Positions 27,201 through 40,900 of a stretch of DNA of 64,000 bases are shown piece after piece. The DNA is from Trichoplax adhaerens (taxonomy: Eukaryota > Animalia > Placozoa), in the NCBI RefSeq assembly GCF_000150275.1, contig NW_002060947.1, positions 1,233,199 to 1,297,198 of the forward strand, written 5' to 3'. The notes beneath the pieces were generated by a model. That model was not told the DNA's origin. It saw only the letters and a list, made by a program, of their open reading frames with translations, and ran no database searches. Within the stretch, counting starts at the first letter, position 1. Each line of letters begins with the position of its first letter. A program made the position numbers and the translations under genes.

Positions 27201-30200
27201 TTCAGCGGTTGCATTAATAATTTCTACGGTATAACCACGCCTAACCTTATTAGCATCATATTCTATTATCCCAGTTAAACCACGAATGTGAATCTATAGA
27301 ATTCATTTTAGATGAGCCAAAACTTATTATATTACCATAGCATATAAAACATTAAAATATTTAGAAAGGTTTACAAGAGGTACGCTGAGATTTCAATTGG
27401 GTTACTTAAATAGATTAGCAGAGCTAAATAGCATCCGCTATCAAAATTTTACTACGATTTGCTATTATATTATTACGTACATTTTGGATTCTTTGTATAA
27501 ATTCGTTAGTAGGATATCGTTTATTATCGTTGCAATTAGGTAATAATTTTGGACTATTTAAGGAAAAGACAGAATGATGGGTATCATAGATATCTTCTAT
27601 AACTTTCGATAAAACTTCTACCGAATCAAATGCGAGCTTGGCGCTAATCTAATTATAAAATAATAGAAGTTAGAATCACTCTAAAATTAAATTCTTAGCT
27701 AGTTTCGTTCAATATTAGTTATCACACAATAGATTTTTCCCGCCATTTAAAAGAAGATGTAGATAAAGGAATTAATGATCTATAATGTTGTTACTCGAAG
27801 GATGGAGCGATTTTCTGATCGAATTGGGTTTCGTTCTTTGTATTTTTTTAAAATATGCCTTTCGATTCTTTTTGCATCACGCATAAAAACGGGTTGAAAT
27901 CGCAATGTAGTAATTGTAGCTTCTCCAAATGATCCTACTATATCGTCATAAATCGACGGTAAATCCTAGCATAGTAAAATATATGATTTTTTACATAAGA
28001 TTAGATCTGAATAAAAAGCATTCCTAATGAAATTAATTTCATTGTGCTAGTAAGTTAATATACAAGCTAAACTTACTTGTAACTAATTTACTTACCACTG
28101 TCGACAGAATCCATTTGTATTTGGAATCATTTAACATATTGAATTCATATGCCTACCAAATATTAAGTGTTTAAATATTGATCACTTTCAAGAGTAACTT
28201 CAAAGATGCTACGCAAGAATTTACGACAATTACATGCAAAATTTTTGCCATAACAACAGATATTTACTGAGTTGGTTTATATGTTATCTATTAGCTAAAA
28301 GAACGAAAAGAATATTTATAAATTTCTACTCTCGGATATTAATTAAACAACTGTTGATATCTCGTATTGAACTTGCAATGAAGATATCATAATATAATCT
28401 ATCTTGAATCAGACGTGATGGAAAATATCTCAAAAAGCGTAAATGCAATGAGCTATAAAGGTTGAAACAAGAAGTGACCTATAATGTAAATCTATCGTGT
28501 GGTATTCATAATAATATTATAATTTTAAATGATTTTATTTGTCCTCTTTATAGAACGGGTACCCAATATTAGTAGCAATATTCATTTTTAACGTGTAGCT
28601 TGCAAAGTAAAGGCTGCTGATTTGTTTTCACGTAGACCACAATTCATCTTTTTGATATCCTTAATTGTATATTACTTTACTCTGTCATGTCTGAGCAAAA
28701 ATATGCTGCATTTCGTATCTATTCAGTCTATTTATATGCTATTTGATGCTAGCTACTGTAAAGAAATTAAAAAAAATTCACCAACTATGATAATTATAAT
28801 TCGATTGAAGTTTGCACCTGTTGAAGGATAACCACGACATTTGTTTCATCACAGTTAATCATAAATTTTGTTATATTTCTTTTTAGCGAAGACGTTAATA
28901 TATTTTTGGCCAGTATTCGCTTTTCAGCTTTTGTTGTAGCCAAAAATTCATGAGCTGTATAATGCCACGTATTGACCATTGGATCGTTGACTAATCTTTC
29001 AATCCTTAAAGCACCTATTTAAAGGGATTTATTGAAGCAGATTCAAGTACGCTTTTAAATTTTATTATTGATGCAAGAAAGCAGTTCAGGTTATTAGAAG
29101 CGCTAGAAATAAAATTCTGATGAAAAGGTGATCTTCTGTCTATTTCAAATCAACTGTAGCTCTTAAGTTGGCATTTGCAAATTGTTTAAACAAATTTAGC
29201 GCAGCTTTATTCCATAAATCATTAATACCATCGAATAAAATGTCGAAATGATGCCAACTAAACTGCTTAACGATATCTACGGCAATTGTATCCAGCATGT
29301 GTTCTGAAGGGGCCATATAGAAGGTGGTATCGTCTGTGTGGATTTCTTTGTCATCAATGCTAAAGCGTGGAATATTCAATGAGCTAGCTAACAAGGCAAT
29401 TATCGATGTTGCTACTCCATCCTTTACTAGTGGGCCAAATAATGCAACAGCTCCATTTGCAACTTGATCACAAACTAAAAGTAAATATAAAATCATGCCT
29501 ATTAGTAGCGAACTACAATAACATGGATTTTACATTTTGCGAGTTAGCGGCAATGAATATAATGAAATTGATAAAATACTAGCAATAGTGTAATAGCTAA
29601 TTTATGGTAATCTGAAAAAAAACTAAGCAATGGCTTATGGTAATAAAATCATGTATTTCTAGTCTTATTATAACAGTTCAAACAGAATATACGACTCCTA
29701 ATACCTCCAAAATTGAAAATATTGAGTTTGTAAATCAATATGCGTACTAATATAACTTTCTGATTGAAATAATTTAATCTTGACTGATTAAGTAAAAGTC
29801 ATTATTAAGACCAAATAATTTCTATACAAAGACCTCTAAAGATTATTAAATACGTAAAAACTATTTCGTAAAATAAGTCATATCTATACTTACTACCAGT
29901 GATTCACAGTTGTCATTAATCTTAATTAATTGGATTGCTAACTAAAACTATGGCCACTGTAAGGTTGATAGCAACCTATTCCATTTAGATAGATACTACT
30001 TAGACCAATAGGCATGATAGATGTAGTAACTGTTCTGAATATTATCTAATAATATAGAATGAATGCAACCATAGGTTATAACGATTCACCAATAGCAACT
30101 AAATGAGCTGTAATTCATTCACTATTCAATGTAGCACCTATCGCACGAATGATAATTTAATTTTATCAAATTAAATTGACAGTATTCAGCTTTTTGCGAT

Positions 30201-31118
30201 CAGTATATCACGCCTTGATCAGAGACGTTTGGAGCTAGGCCATAACAATGGTTATAATTATGATTTTAATTTCTAAATTTCATATTTGCATAATATTTGC
30301 TCCGGAAATTATTAAAAGTAAATTAAATTTAGACTATTGGTAATGATTTGTAACTGGCAATTAAATGAGCTACTCTGTAGTTCTCATTTAATATAGTAGC
30401 TACAGCATGAATGATAATTTAATTTCATCAAATTAAATTGAAATAATTTTGCATTTCAAAATCGGTACATTATGCAAGATCAGAGATGTCTGGTTTAGAA
30501 GTACAACTTTGTAGATGTATTCCAGGAGCTAGGGCATAACAATCGTAATGGCTATAATGTTAATTATTAAATTTGAGATATTTTGCTAATATCGATCTTC
30601 ATACTGATTTAAGATGACGAAAAAAGCAAATTCAAATATAACAATATTAAGGATTTGCAATTAAATTGAATCAAGATCTACCTGGATTTTGGACGTTAAG
30701 AAACTGACTTCGATCCACAATATTCAATATTGCGCTCAAATTTAATTGATATAATTGAAATAGCCTTTCATGAAAATAGTCGATGCCATACTCGAACGCA
30801 ACTTGTTCTTGTGTTACCTTATGGTTGGTTGTAGTTAAGCCCCCTATTAACATCCGAATTGAAATAAACAAGAAGGCGAAAGATTAATGAAGAATAAATC
30901 ATATTATATACGAAAATTAGTTCACTGTATGTACATTTTGTAGACCATTTCAATGTCAAAAAACTAAAAATGACAATATTTTATAATGATTGCAAATCTA
31001 TACCGGCAGTAATGGTCCTATCATCAGCTTGGCAGAAATGATTGCTTTCATTGATAGATAGTAATAGTAATATTCCAAGCGTTAACAAGATCCAATATTT
31101 GCTGTATAAGTACTTCAT
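24255..31118 (-). CDS. Ionotropic glutamate receptor family subunit (non-NMDA type), paralog 1; terminal exon uncertain
   Basis: Signal-peptide exon from ATG 31118 (MKYLYSKYWILLTLGILLLLSINES). ATD exons GAVALFGP, YKWILST and FRGLTGIIEY-like. S1 YEGFCIDIMDAI...YGARYDNGSWSGLIGQL and ADVALADLTISLIRETVADFTVPF. M1-M2 (LLQQGSETTPR)-M3-S2-M4 lie in one large exon, about 24799-25812. Tentative last exon EKPKRDILIHKAQI* ends at 24255. Confidence 0.93.
25910..26162. repeat. Degenerate two-copy tandem repeat (unit about 148 bp) in an iGluR1 intron
   Basis: GTAAAGAAAT..TAACTCAATAATATT...GGTAATGAT...TAGTTGG.AACGATA.AT occurs at 25910 and about 26057. Confidence 0.7.
30098..30546. repeat. Degenerate two-copy repeat (spacing about 260 bp) in an iGluR1 intron
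   Basis: TAAATGAGCT...GAATGATAATTTAATTT.ATCAAATTAAATTGA...GATCAGAGA...GGAGCTAGG.CATAACAAT occurs twice. Confidence 0.7.
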
Positions 31119-32558
31119 CTTTCCCGATTGCTAAGTTTTGCTGATCAAATTAAGAATTGTAGAATTATTGTAGCCACGAAGAGGTTCGTTGACGTTGCAA
31201 GGTATCACATTGAGCCAAGAATCTCACATAGCAAAGGGAAGAATGCTAAGCTATTAAAATATTAAAATAGGCAATAGACCTAAAATAATTAAATTCTTCA
31301 AGTAATGATGCAATAATAATTAACCAGTAGTCTCCTGTAGCTTCTCGATTATTTTCTTAATATATAGTGATAGGCCGAAAAGTAACAGAAAAGAAAAAGA
31401 ATTTATATGAATATCTAATATAATCAATAAAAATTCAGTAAGGGCAATATGAGACGTCGTATCTAATTAAAAATGAAGTGATAGTAATTTTATTTTTAAT
31501 CAGCAAATAGAACTTCTTATACCAGAATAGATGATTGAGGACGTAGAACTAAAAAGATCTTGAATGCTATACTCTAGCGTGGAATAAAGGAATTCAAAAG
31601 TAGGGATGATACAAAGTTTTTTAGTATTGGAAAAGATCTGGGTTTGCTTTAAGGAAGTAAGTCAACCTTATGATGAAAAGAAATTAAATCAAGATTTGCA
31701 GTACATTATTTCTAAAATATTAACTGGACACTTTCATTAATTAGAAGTGAGCGTGAAGTCGGTACTTCGTCGATATTAATGGATATTAAGTGCAAAAATC
31801 TGATCTAAAATAATTCTAATATCATAACCATTTCCATTACTTACCTCTTACTGTTATGTAAGCTTATCAAATGAAGGCAAGAAACAGGTTAACAGATGGA
31901 ACTAACTATCTGATATCTGGTACAACTTGATCATGACTTAGCATACGATCAATTATTATGAATAATATTCATTTCATAATTATAATGGAATATTACAAAT
32001 AAAGAAAACGTCTGTTCACTTGAATTAGGTCATCGTTTGCCTAATCCATATGTTGAATATTGATATAGAATCTATTAATTTATTGATAGTACACTTACAA
32101 GTAAATAATCAAAAGAGCGTTACCAATGCAAGGGTGAATTACATAAAATTTCTATTTAAATGATCGCATGCTGCATAAATGATATACTATTGTAGCAGTC
32201 TTAAATTTTTAGTCTAAACCTTGAAAATATTGCCTAATGTTCGCGTATAATTTACTTGTTTACACTTTCACAAGCAGATGCGGTAACCATCAAAAATTTG
32301 CAGTATAAGTCACACTAAAATTCTTGTTCTTATATCTGTACTCTAACAATAAACAGAAATGGAATGTTTTGCCATGGACTGCTACTACACGGTGTATTTT
32401 TGATGGAAGCGATTCGCTTGGTAATCTTCCACAAATAAAATATTCTGTACATTACTACGAACGTCTGGACAGGCAAGTATTATTCAACTACTACTACAAT
32501 ATGTATTCGTATAATAGTTACTATATGCAACCATCAAAAATTAGCAATATAAGTCACA

Positions 32559-35500
32559 CTAAAGTTCTTGTTCTTATATTTGTATTCTAAAACTTGACAA
32601 AAATGGAATGTCTTGTCATGGACTATAACCGGTACTACAGTATATGGTCTTATGTGCGTTTATGGGAGCAATTGATTACACAATCCTTCATAAATCACAT
32701 ATTTTGCATATTATTGCGAACTCATGGACGAATAAGTATTTTTTAACTACTAGTATATGCTCGTACAGTATAGCAGTTACAATAAGCGGGATACATTTAT
32801 GGGTCGACTGAGATAACTTAAATTACTTGATTAGGCTGTTGCATATATCTATATGTCTATTAGTGGTCTAATAATTTATATTAATTTCTGCTGTAACTAT
32901 TTCAAATACAGTGAAAGTCTATATTTAATTGTGAGTCAAGACTTTAATAACGAAAGTATTCAGATGCAATGGATTACAGAAATGGTAACGTAGCTTATAA
33001 CCTTAATCGGTTACAATGGCAATCATACATTCTCATTGACTTATTTGACTACCGGAATTTAAGACCTTGTAGTCAAAATATTTAATTTTATCCTAAATAT
33101 GCAGTCACTTCAATAATACAGAAATTTAATCAGCGCTGTAAAATTATGTTTGCGCAACTGAACTAATGATATTCCTGGCAACTGAAAAGAATATGAATTT
33201 TAAAGTATTACCATGCCATAATAATTACTCTATTCGTTTAACTTTCTTCACTAATTCCACTGCTACAAGATTTATAGCAAGAACCGATATTATTAGAAGG
33301 AGCTACTTTTTTTTCTAGGCAATATCTCAACAGATTCAACTTTTAAAATTAAATGCAGAAAAGCAATAAACTAGCTAAAGACTCCACATTTAAATGGTTA
33401 ATTTTAATGAATTTGATAATCTTGTCTCGTAATATGTATGTGAATAATATATTTCTTACTATATTTTACAATTAATTAAATCCCTTCCAGAGATTAAAAA
33501 ATGCGGTATCACTATANNNNNNNNNNNNNNNNNNNNNNNNNNNNNNNNNNNNNNNNNNNNNNNNNNAGGATGGTTACTATATACGGTATTAATGCTATGT
33601 TAAGGTTGGTGAGCGAAACTGTCAAATATACGTTTATGGTCAATTTGTTAATAAAATTAACAGATAGTATTATCATTCGATATTATATATATCCTAGTAA
33701 CAGTAATATACTATGCTATATTAAGATTAGTTAATGGTGCAGAGCACATTATGATAACTAATGTACGGTGATGGACATACCAAGTTAAGATTAGCAGGTA
33801 CTGTAAGATATCTACAGTGCGGTAGAATGTCCTTCGTACTGTGGTCAATTCTATACCAATCATTATAATGTGTCTAAGGATCGCTGTCGTATGCAAGCAA
33901 AGCTTGCTCTGTCGATAACAACCGTTATAAGAAAATGTAACAATCAAAATGGCTGTATAGAAAACTCTATAAAGATTCTATGTTTATTCAATTTTCATCA
34001 GAATATTACATGAAATCAAAATTTAAAGGCCCAGTGGCCACCCTTAGCGATATAACGAATACTATTTTAATAATCAGTACTCTGCAGAAATTACTACCTT
34101 AGAGCTATTCGTTTTACATGAAGAAATCTTGAGGTTAAAAGTACTGTAAGAATCTTATACTGACCTATTGAAATGAACCCATAATCAGAGTCATTTAACA
34201 GTAGTATAAATACCCCCGCGCTGCTCGTTTCAAGGGAGGGTGGCTGGGATAAGTCACCCTAAAGTTCTTGTTCTTATATTTGTATTCTAAAACTTGACAA
34301 AAATGGAATGTCTTGTCATGGACTATAACCGGTACTACAGTATATGGTCTTATGTGCGTTTATGGGAGCAATTGATTACACAATCTTTCATAAATCACAT
34401 ACTTTGCATATTATTGCGAACTCATGGACAAATAAGTATTTTTTAACTACTAGTATATGTTCGTACAGTATAGCAGTTACAATAAGCGGGATACATTTAT
34501 GGGTCGACTGAGATAACTTAAATTGCTTGACTAGGCTGTTGCATATATCTATATGTCTGTTAGTGGTCCAATAATTTATATTAATTTCTGCTGTAACTAT
34601 TTCAAATACAGAGAAAGTCTATATTTAATTGTGAGTCAAGACTTTAATAGCGAAAGTATTCAGATGCAATGGATTACAGAAATGGTAACGTAGCTTATAA
34701 CCTTAATCGGTTATAATGGCAATCATACATTCTCATTGACTTATTTGACTACCGGAATTTAAGACCTTGTAGTCAAAATATTTAACTTTATCCTAAATAT
34801 GCAGAAATACAGAAGAATATATGATGCTGGCAATCTGCTCAGAGTAAATATCATTGGATATTCGAGAGCAAGGTATATCATTTGAATTGCATCATAATAC
34901 GAAAAATATTTTATAGATGTATTTGTATTACTGCTGGCAGTTACAGAAAAATGTATCGATATTACATAACACAAACAAAAATTGCAACAAATTAATAAAA
35001 TATCCTTTGTGTCGATAATTTAATGATTATAGCAATATCGTTAACATTGGCTGTCAATTATACCCAATGAACAGGAGATTATAGCTTCTTTTACTTATAG
35101 ATGGCTTAGCAAAAACCACTAGCACCTTAGAAAAAAGTTGAAATCTAAATCATATTGAAATTCTACCTTTATTTTTAACTAGGCGAATTTTATCTAAATT
35201 AGCTTGGAAGCCGTACTGATCCGAATATGTCCAGTAAGGGAGGCTTTGAAGATGCTAGAAGAATACTCTTAACCGATATTGACCAAGTAACTCGTCAGTA
35301 ATTAGTAAAGTATTTATATAAGCTTACAATAGTGTTACGGTTTAAGATATTATGTGATAATGTTATTGAAGAAGAAATAGACGGTTACGATTAGATAATC
35401 ATAAATATTATGATCTGTTAATATTGTGAGATTCAATCGTTAATGGACTTCCATTAACGAATGTGTAGAAGTAAGGTACTTAATATGCCAATGACGTGTA

Positions 35501-36410
35501 ATAACCAAAACGGCGGTTGTCACACTTGTAGGGAATCTGTTAGATCTTAAATTGTTAATTGGCGCTATAATATCATTAGCACATAATAATATCAATTATC
35601 ACATATTTGTTCGATAGTAATTAATAGGATTACAAAGTTATAGAAAAGACTAAGTTATGCATAAGAATAATTAACAGGTGGAAAAGGTGTAGATTTGATA
35701 CAAGTATATAAGAGGTTGTAATTTACCTCGCTAGAGAGGAGGAAAATACGGAGACCTAATAAAGTTAGTTTAGTAAATTTATCCAGACGCTTCTAGTCCG
35801 CCTTTACTGTTGACTGAGGTCCTTCGCTGAAGTGGAGCGAGTAGTAACGCCTGGTGGCAGTTTTACTGTAGGACAGAGGAGAGTAGGATAAGTGTGGAAC
35901 GGGAATCCGATTGTTGCAAACGACGTTGTGACAAATAGTGATATAATTTTCTTTTCAATAATACAGAAATTTGATCAGCGCTGTAAAATTATGTTTGCGC
36001 AACTGAACTAATATTCCTGGCAACTGAAAAGAAGAATATGAATTTTAAAGTATTACCATGCCATAATAATTACTCTATCCGTTTAATTTTCTTCACTAAT
36101 TCCACTGCTACGAGATTTATAGCAAGAACCGATATTATTGGAAGGAGCTACTTATTTTTCTAGGCAATATCTCAACAGATTCTACTTTTAAAATTAAAAG
36201 CAGAAAAGCAATAATAAACTTCAGCTGATAAATTGCGGCATGAAAAAACATTAATCGATATTTCTCTACTAGCTAAAAACTCCACATTTGAATGGTTAAT
36301 TTTAATAAATTTGATAATCTTGTCTCGTAATATGTATATGAATAATATATTTCTTACTATATTTTACAATTAATTAAATCTCTTTCAGAGATTAAAAAAT
36401 GCGGTATCAA
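32559..36410. repeat. Near-identical duplication of about 950 bp flanking the N-gap: copy A 32559-33516; copy B 34259-34804 plus about 35954-36410, interrupted by an insertion of about 1.15 kb
   Basis: CTAAAGTTCTTGTTCTTATATTTGTATTCTAAAACTTGAC...CCTAAATATGCAG and TTCAATAATACAGAAATTT.ATCAGCGCTG...AGAGATTAAAAAATGCGGTATCA are present in both copies with scattered SNPs and small indels. Confidence 0.92.
35518..35933 (+). mobile_element. Probable LTR (solo or 3' LTR of a decayed LTR retroelement), 416 bp
   Basis: Termini TGTCAC (35518) and GTGACA (35933), internal TATATAA (35705) followed by AATAAA (35758). It lies in sequence absent from the other copy of the duplication. No flanking target-site duplication seen. 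Confidence 0.5.
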
Positions 36411-37968
36411 TTATAAAAACATTGCAAAGGCGAGTAAAATGACCTTGCGTGATGTATTTGAGCATATTTCAGTTAATTTCTATCAACTTGGGTCATTTAT
36501 CTGCAAATTCTTTTACGTCAAATAATGCATTAGGCTAATAGAATAGGATTAAACAAACAATCAGCTGAGAGCATAAATTAACCAATCCAAGCTTATCCAC
36601 TTTTAGTCTCTTAAAGTAGGAGTGAACATTAATTTTTCAGCAATAATATCTGATTTGCATGCTAATAGAATTAAGCCTAATTGTATTTCGGTTGTAAAGA
36701 TTTATAAATTGCTCCCAGATTGTTAGTCTTGCATACCTAAAATCACCTCGACTGGTTCGTAATCATTACTAGTTGGGCAGCCAGTTTGTCAACTGGTAAA
36801 ATTTATACCAGGTGAAGAAGTACAAGTCGGTAAGATACAATCACTAAGTTCTTGCGCTAAAATAAGAATGTTTTGGTAAAATCTTTGTAATTTGATATCA
36901 TCATCATTATCTATTGGTTAGTTTATAGCACTAAAATATAGTATAGTTAATATTTTTAATGTTGGTACTCTTTATTTTATCCCTGTTCTTAATATGCAGT
37001 TATCCAATCTCTTATAAATGAATAAACGTTTTCCTATTTAAATTCTGTTCCTTTGGATGACTAAATCATGATAATGCTATGTCTTCAATTAAGTAATGGC
37101 AGTCTTTATTATTAGATTTGCAAGTTGCGAACAAGCAATAACGAAATTTTTGAACTTAAAAACTCCAACGAAGAAGGTAAGGCAAAATTTTCAGTGTAAA
37201 CGTTGAAGAATCAACGAGCATTAATATACGACAGCTGAATTTGCTACATAGACGTACGATTATTCAATTACATAGATTACTTGGTAATGATTTTATCGCA
37301 TTGAATGATGATAGCTATTTCAAGTATCGTATAAATAACATTCAGAAAGATGGCCTAATCAGAGATATCTTTAGTAGATTATTAGCAGTATGTTTGTTGT
37401 TACCATTAAAATAAATTTGATATAGGAATGTAATTCGACTTGGTAAGTCAAAATGCATAACTAGGAACAACGCTGACTAAATCAATTTTCGGACATCTAT
37501 ACAGGTAATAATTAAATTTTATTGCAATGTCAGTAAACGTTTAAAATCAGTCCTACTGCTAACTTTTAGAATGAAAATCTATTCCATTAAATATTGATAG
37601 AATCGATCTTTGCAATATGAACTACATTATAGCTCCAACATCAACTAGTGATTTCTAGTTAGACTATAGCACAGTTGCTTATTTCTAGCTTCAGACTAAA
37701 GTAAATAAAAAACTGCTTAATCATATTTTATTCCAATGCTAATAAATAACAACGTAGAATATATTCGCGTAAGGCCAAGAAATCAAATCTCAGTTCCCAA
37801 GCAAAGCTTAGGAAAACGGAGGTACATCGACTATATAAAAATATGTTCATATATTCAAATCGATTGACTATGAAGTAACAATTTGGAGGTAAAGCAAAAA
37901 ATCTCCTTATGTAGTGCCGTGTAATGTATCATTATTTCCAAGTTTCTTTCCTAACCACTTTATAACAG

Positions 37969-40900
37969 AAGCCTGGAGAAACTCTACAGACAACCAGCAA
38001 ATTAAGAATCACGCGTGTTGCGCGCATACAGCTCAGAAAAAAAGAGGTAACTTTATTGCAAAATTCTCAATGTTCATTATAAAAATTCAGTTATATATAT
38101 AGACTTTGATAAAGTGATATTGTAAGATAAAGTGTAGCATGTAATATTGGAGAGTAAGAGTCAGAAATTTCTGTAAATGCAGTGATTGGAGCATTTTTTG
38201 CTGCCAACATCTACTAATTGCCTAAAATCACTTTCTTACTAGCATATTTGTCTACAAAATATAAATATAATTAGAATAACTTTGATTAAATGGTTGCAGA
38301 ATATTATACGAGGTGACCTTGAATTACATTTAAGAAATTTACATTCCAACGATGAAGCTTTAGTATTGAGTGCAGCTAAGAAAATTCTACAACCTACGAA
38401 AGGTAGATAGCAGTGATCCAATTATTTAATTTCTGATTCATTATTTCATACGGATATTCATTTTAAATAATTAACCTTAATAAATTTTACAAGATACAGT
38501 TAAGCCCAAATTAATTTGATAATACTTAATTTAATATTTCAAAAATGGTGTCAAACTATATCCAATGGATTCAATATCGTCTTGATATAAACTTGCTAAT
38601 AATGTAATGCTGGATTAAATTTTAGTTAGTTGTTAGCACTCTACTAGCCAGTATAACAATACAGTATTAGAAAAATGATTTAAATTCAAAAATAGAAGCT
38701 AAATTAAGAGGTCTTATCTGTGTGATCAGTAATCATTCCATAATAATAATAGGAATTAGTTTTACTTTTATACGATGATCTCATATGTCAATTTTGATTC
38801 TGTTCAGTATGGATAAAGTAATGATAATAAAAATTAAGAGCTTAAAGACTAAAGCTTTATTGGACAAGATCTAGTTCATTAAGAATCTATACTTTCAGTT
38901 CTGATAGATATCTAACTTTTTTCTACTTTTATAGATGCAAAGCCNNNNNNNNNNNNNNNNNNNNNNNNNNNNNNNNNNNNNNNNNNNNNNNNNNATAAAA
39001 ACAGGGCTATTTCAACTATAATAAAATTGACGTACACGGCCAATATCGATTTCCAAGTAGCGGTGTGACGGTAACTTAATTAAAAATGGAGCCTAGCCCT
39101 GCTATAATACGCTATTTGTGCTATAAATTTCAGGCAATTCGCGCGTTAAACAATTTATCATCAATTTGTTCTGAGGCCCGCAAAGGACTTGATAATTCTA
39201 TGCAAGAATTTTTGGAAGTGAGTGAATGATGATTATGGACATTAAATATCTTTAAAAGTATTTAGTATTCTAGTGTGATGATACGTTATCGAGAACATAA
39301 TTCGTTATAGATCCGAGCTTATTCCTTTTAACTGTGATATCACCTGGCTTAATTTAAAAGTTTGATTTATAGTATCGCGATATCTATTCATATTATTAAA
39401 ATTTAGTTTTCAGGATTCGAAAAACTTCAAAAATCCTAGAATAAAACGTGAAACAGCTAGATTAATTGTTACTATAGCGGAGACGGAACACATTCTTAAA
39501 TATGTAAGTTTAACCTCGCTATAATTCTTTAATTTGGTATTTATTCATTAAAAGTCCGTTTGCAACTTTTACCCTATAACCATTTCTATCTAAATCTAAT
39601 CATATTAACCATAATAAAGAGTCCAATATACTATTACTGTATATTTCTATGTCAGTATTAAAGGTTTCTATTTGTATAGTCTATTGCTTAGTAAACATCT
39701 ATTCGAAATATTAGATTACTGTTAAAACAGATATTATTCATATCAACTGTGTAAAATAACCTACTGTCAGCTATAATTCATTTTAACAATTAATACCCTT
39801 GTACCAAATTAGCGTGATGGAAAATAGATGGATGTAGACGAAGGAAGTATTTTTGTACCTTATTATTCAATTAGGGCGATAGTATCATTAAAATAATATA
39901 TAATCCCTGAATTAATCGCCTTACATTACAATTTGCAATCAAATTTTCTATTTACTGCTAAATATGAAATACTAGTAAAACAATTAATTCCAGTCTTGAA
40001 CTTTTACCCTATATTTCGACGTAATCATAATCAAAAATCTACGTTATAATTTTATCCCCAGCCTGGTGCTGTATTGAGGACCATACGCAATTTACTAGCA
40101 GCATCGGATAAAGAAACAAAAATAGATGCAATCCGTGCAATATCACTAATGATTCAAGGAAGCCATCAGCAGGCTGAACTTACTGTCGAAGTTATTGCAG
40201 ATTCCCCTCTCACCAATTTAATATGGTAAATTACATAACAAAATTCAAAGCTAGTACAGCTATTGCATTCCGTATTAATGTTTCTATGGTGTTTGCGAAT
40301 TGCCCGAGTAAGGGTAAGGGAGAAGTATTCTCGCACCTGTTAGACTTATTTTGTTAAATTTCGGAGCAAAATGATGATACAAATCGGGTGAAATATCCCA
40401 CTCGTATAATGTTAATAAATCTTCCAATAACAAACCTTAAATTAGAATTGAATTAATTAATAAAAATATATTTTATATACGAACGTGGGATATTCGAAAC
40501 TATGGTAAATCTATTCGATACTATCGAAGATGACAAAAGAAACCGCTTCTGTTATATATTCTCCAATATAGCTGCTAGTACGAAGCATGAACATGTCTGG
40601 GTAGTACTATAATAAAAGATCTATTGCATTTTCAGCAGAATAAATTTATGTCGTATACGAAATCGCAAATAATGTTTTCCCTCAACTAATTTAATGGAAA
40701 TTCATATGCATACGCTAAAGTTCCTTTAATTGAGCTATTTTGGTTAATAGGCTATAATAAATCCTAAAACTATGCAAAAATTGGTAAATTTGGCCAGAAA
40801 TTGCAGCAAAGAAACTTAAGAAAGCATCCTTTTTGCGATTCAGAATATAACATCGGTAAAAGACGAATACTTCCCATTTGCAAGGTCAAAAAATTAATTT

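Noticed and set aside
33501-33734. ORF spanning X residues
   Set aside because: Artefact of translating across the N-gap.
35437-35470. Hairpin as a Helitron 3' terminus
   Set aside because: Not followed by CTRR at the expected distance and not at the boundary of the insertion.
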